This document shows positions 30,231 to 31,706 of a DNA stretch of 31,706 nt, piece after piece (the stretch's first letter is position 1; every line of letters begins with the position of its first letter). The position numbers and the translations under genes were made by a program. The notes beneath the pieces were generated by a model. It was not told where the DNA came from and did not search any database. It was given only the letters and a program-made list of their open reading frames with translations. This DNA is from Ascoidea asiatica JCM 7603 (lineage: Eukaryota; Fungi; Ascomycota): positions 181,031 to 212,736 of the forward strand of contig BCKQ01000020.1 of the NCBI GenBank assembly GCA_001600695.1, read 5' to 3'.

Positions 30231-31223
30231 CTTTGTTAAAGTTATAGGTCAGTTAATCTCAAATCAATTTACACTACCCAAACAAAATATTATCCTAAAA
30301 TAGCCTCTGCTGTAATCATAAAAAAAATAGCCAGCAGTTTATTTTTGAATGACAACATTTTTTCATAAAAATTGAGTATCAAACTAGAAAAAATTAAACC
30401 TTTTACTTTTTATGCTTCTAAAGTTGAAAATTAAAAACTTATACAGTATATAAGCAATTGATTAACATAATTTTCAATGAAAATGGATTGAGGAAGATTT
30501 TCCAGAATACTCTGACTCAAAATACAGTACAAAAGAAACCTTCCATACCGGGAAATGAAAATGGTGTGGCCTATTCTGGAATACTTTAGCTGTTGGAATG
30601 ACAGAACTTACCAGAAAAATCAGAAATTGGCAAGTAAAGTAAAATTGTTTTGTTGTTTTAATATTTAAATTCATAGAACTTTTCCAATTTATTCAAAATT
30701 CAATAGATTTGGTTCACAATATTTGGCAAATATGTAAAGCTTTTTATATCTTTCAATCATATGCTTTCCTTTAAACATCCTTTTTGAAGGTGTAGTACAT
30801 TATTCGTATAAGATTAGGTTATTATGACTTCTTACTGTGTTAAGTTGAGGACTACAGAGTTGGGCCTAGAAAAAAGAAGAGCTTCTGATTGATCAAACTG
30901 TTTGATTTAGATTGTAATCATACAATTGATTTATAAAGTTGAAGTCATTGGCTGTCGTTTATTTACTTTTAAATCATGTCACTTTGTTATCTCTAAAATC
31001 TTTTAGCTTTATTTTTCCCTCTTGTTTGATTTTAATCTCCTTTTTATTTCGAAGTTATTGAAAGAATCTGAAAATCAAACAAGGGAAAGTTATGTGTTTT
31101 GAGATTTAAGAACAAAAAAAAAAAATATTTATTATAAAGTAATAATTATTCTTACATTTTTTATAATTCGAATAAAGAAATTTTAAAGATTTCAGTAATT
31201 ATATATAATTTTAATAAATAACT

Positions 31224-31706
31224 ATGAGTAATAAAGAATCAGCTAAAGGATATAAGATTGATAAGATTGGTCTGCAAAATCTAGTATCTTCAGGCTCAGG
31301 TATCTATCCATATCCAGTACCACAATTTACAGATTTGAAATTAAAAAGAAAATGGATGTTACAACATATGGCTTGCGCATTTAGAATGTTAGCTAAAAAT
31401 AATTATGTTGAAGGAATTGCAGGACATATTTCAATAAGAGATCCAATTAATCCAGAAACTTTTTGGATTAATCCATTATCAAAACATTTTTCATTAATTA
31501 AAGCATCAGATATGGTAAATGTTAATGAAAATGGTGAAATTTTAAGTGATTTAAAAGTTGCAATAAATTCTGCTGGTTTTTCAATACATTCTGCTATACA
31601 TAAAAAATTTCCTGAAATTAATGCTGCTGTTCATTCACATTCAATTAATGGTAAAGCATGGTCATGTTTTGGTAAAAAATTAGATATGATTAATCAAGAT
31701 TCATGT
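31224..31706 (+). CDS. Class II aldolase/adducin-domain protein (Mug14-like), truncated by the window end
   Basis: Open frame from ATG 31224, not in the ORF track: WMLQHMACAFR...EGIAGHISIRDP...FWINP...NSAGFSIHSAIH...AAVHSHS (metal-binding HxH). Confidence 0.9.
   Translation, partial: MSNKESAKGYKIDKIGLQNLVSSGSGIYPYPVPQFTDLKLKRKWMLQHMACAFRMLAKNNYVEGIAGHISIRDPINPETFWINPLSKHFSLIKASDMVNVNENGEILSDLKVAINSAGFSIHSAIHKKFPEINAAVHSHSINGKAWSCFGKKLDMINQDSC

Noticed and set aside
1-31706. tRNA or rRNA genes
   Set aside because: No cloverleaf, A/B-box pair or rRNA-like segment recognised by eye; small ncRNAs cannot be excluded without Infernal.

Overview
Very AT-rich eukaryotic DNA with compact genes that appear intron-free, typical of a budding yeast (Saccharomycotina; the taxon is inferred from gene content and composition only). 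The window holds six ordinary genes: a PMP47-type peroxisomal carrier, an MFS sugar/polyol porter, CMR1, TOF1, SPE3 and a 3'-truncated class II aldolase/adducin-domain gene. Interleaved with them is a local array of at least 9, possibly 10, divergent paralogues. They share a ~150-aa domain with the pattern Y-x-L-x-F...GRP-x-G-x-S-x-(K/R)RRL-x-P-x-TII-x-L...LFD...L-x-G...G-x-Y...F-x-F-x-x-LG...G-x-Y-x-L-x-F...S-x-x-I-x-V. By eye this follows the motif order of the fungal velvet DNA-binding domain (VeA/VelB/VosA; NF-kB Rel-like fold), a family absent from S. cerevisiae and C. albicans. The copies fall into subtypes, recur as same-strand A->B pairs, and show birth-and-death dynamics: a gene-conversion-like tract, a pseudogene, an in-frame TGA, and a +1 frameshift lying exactly on the EST3-type heptamer CTT-AGT-T. 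The velvet assignment rests on manual motif comparison and needs profile or structure confirmation.
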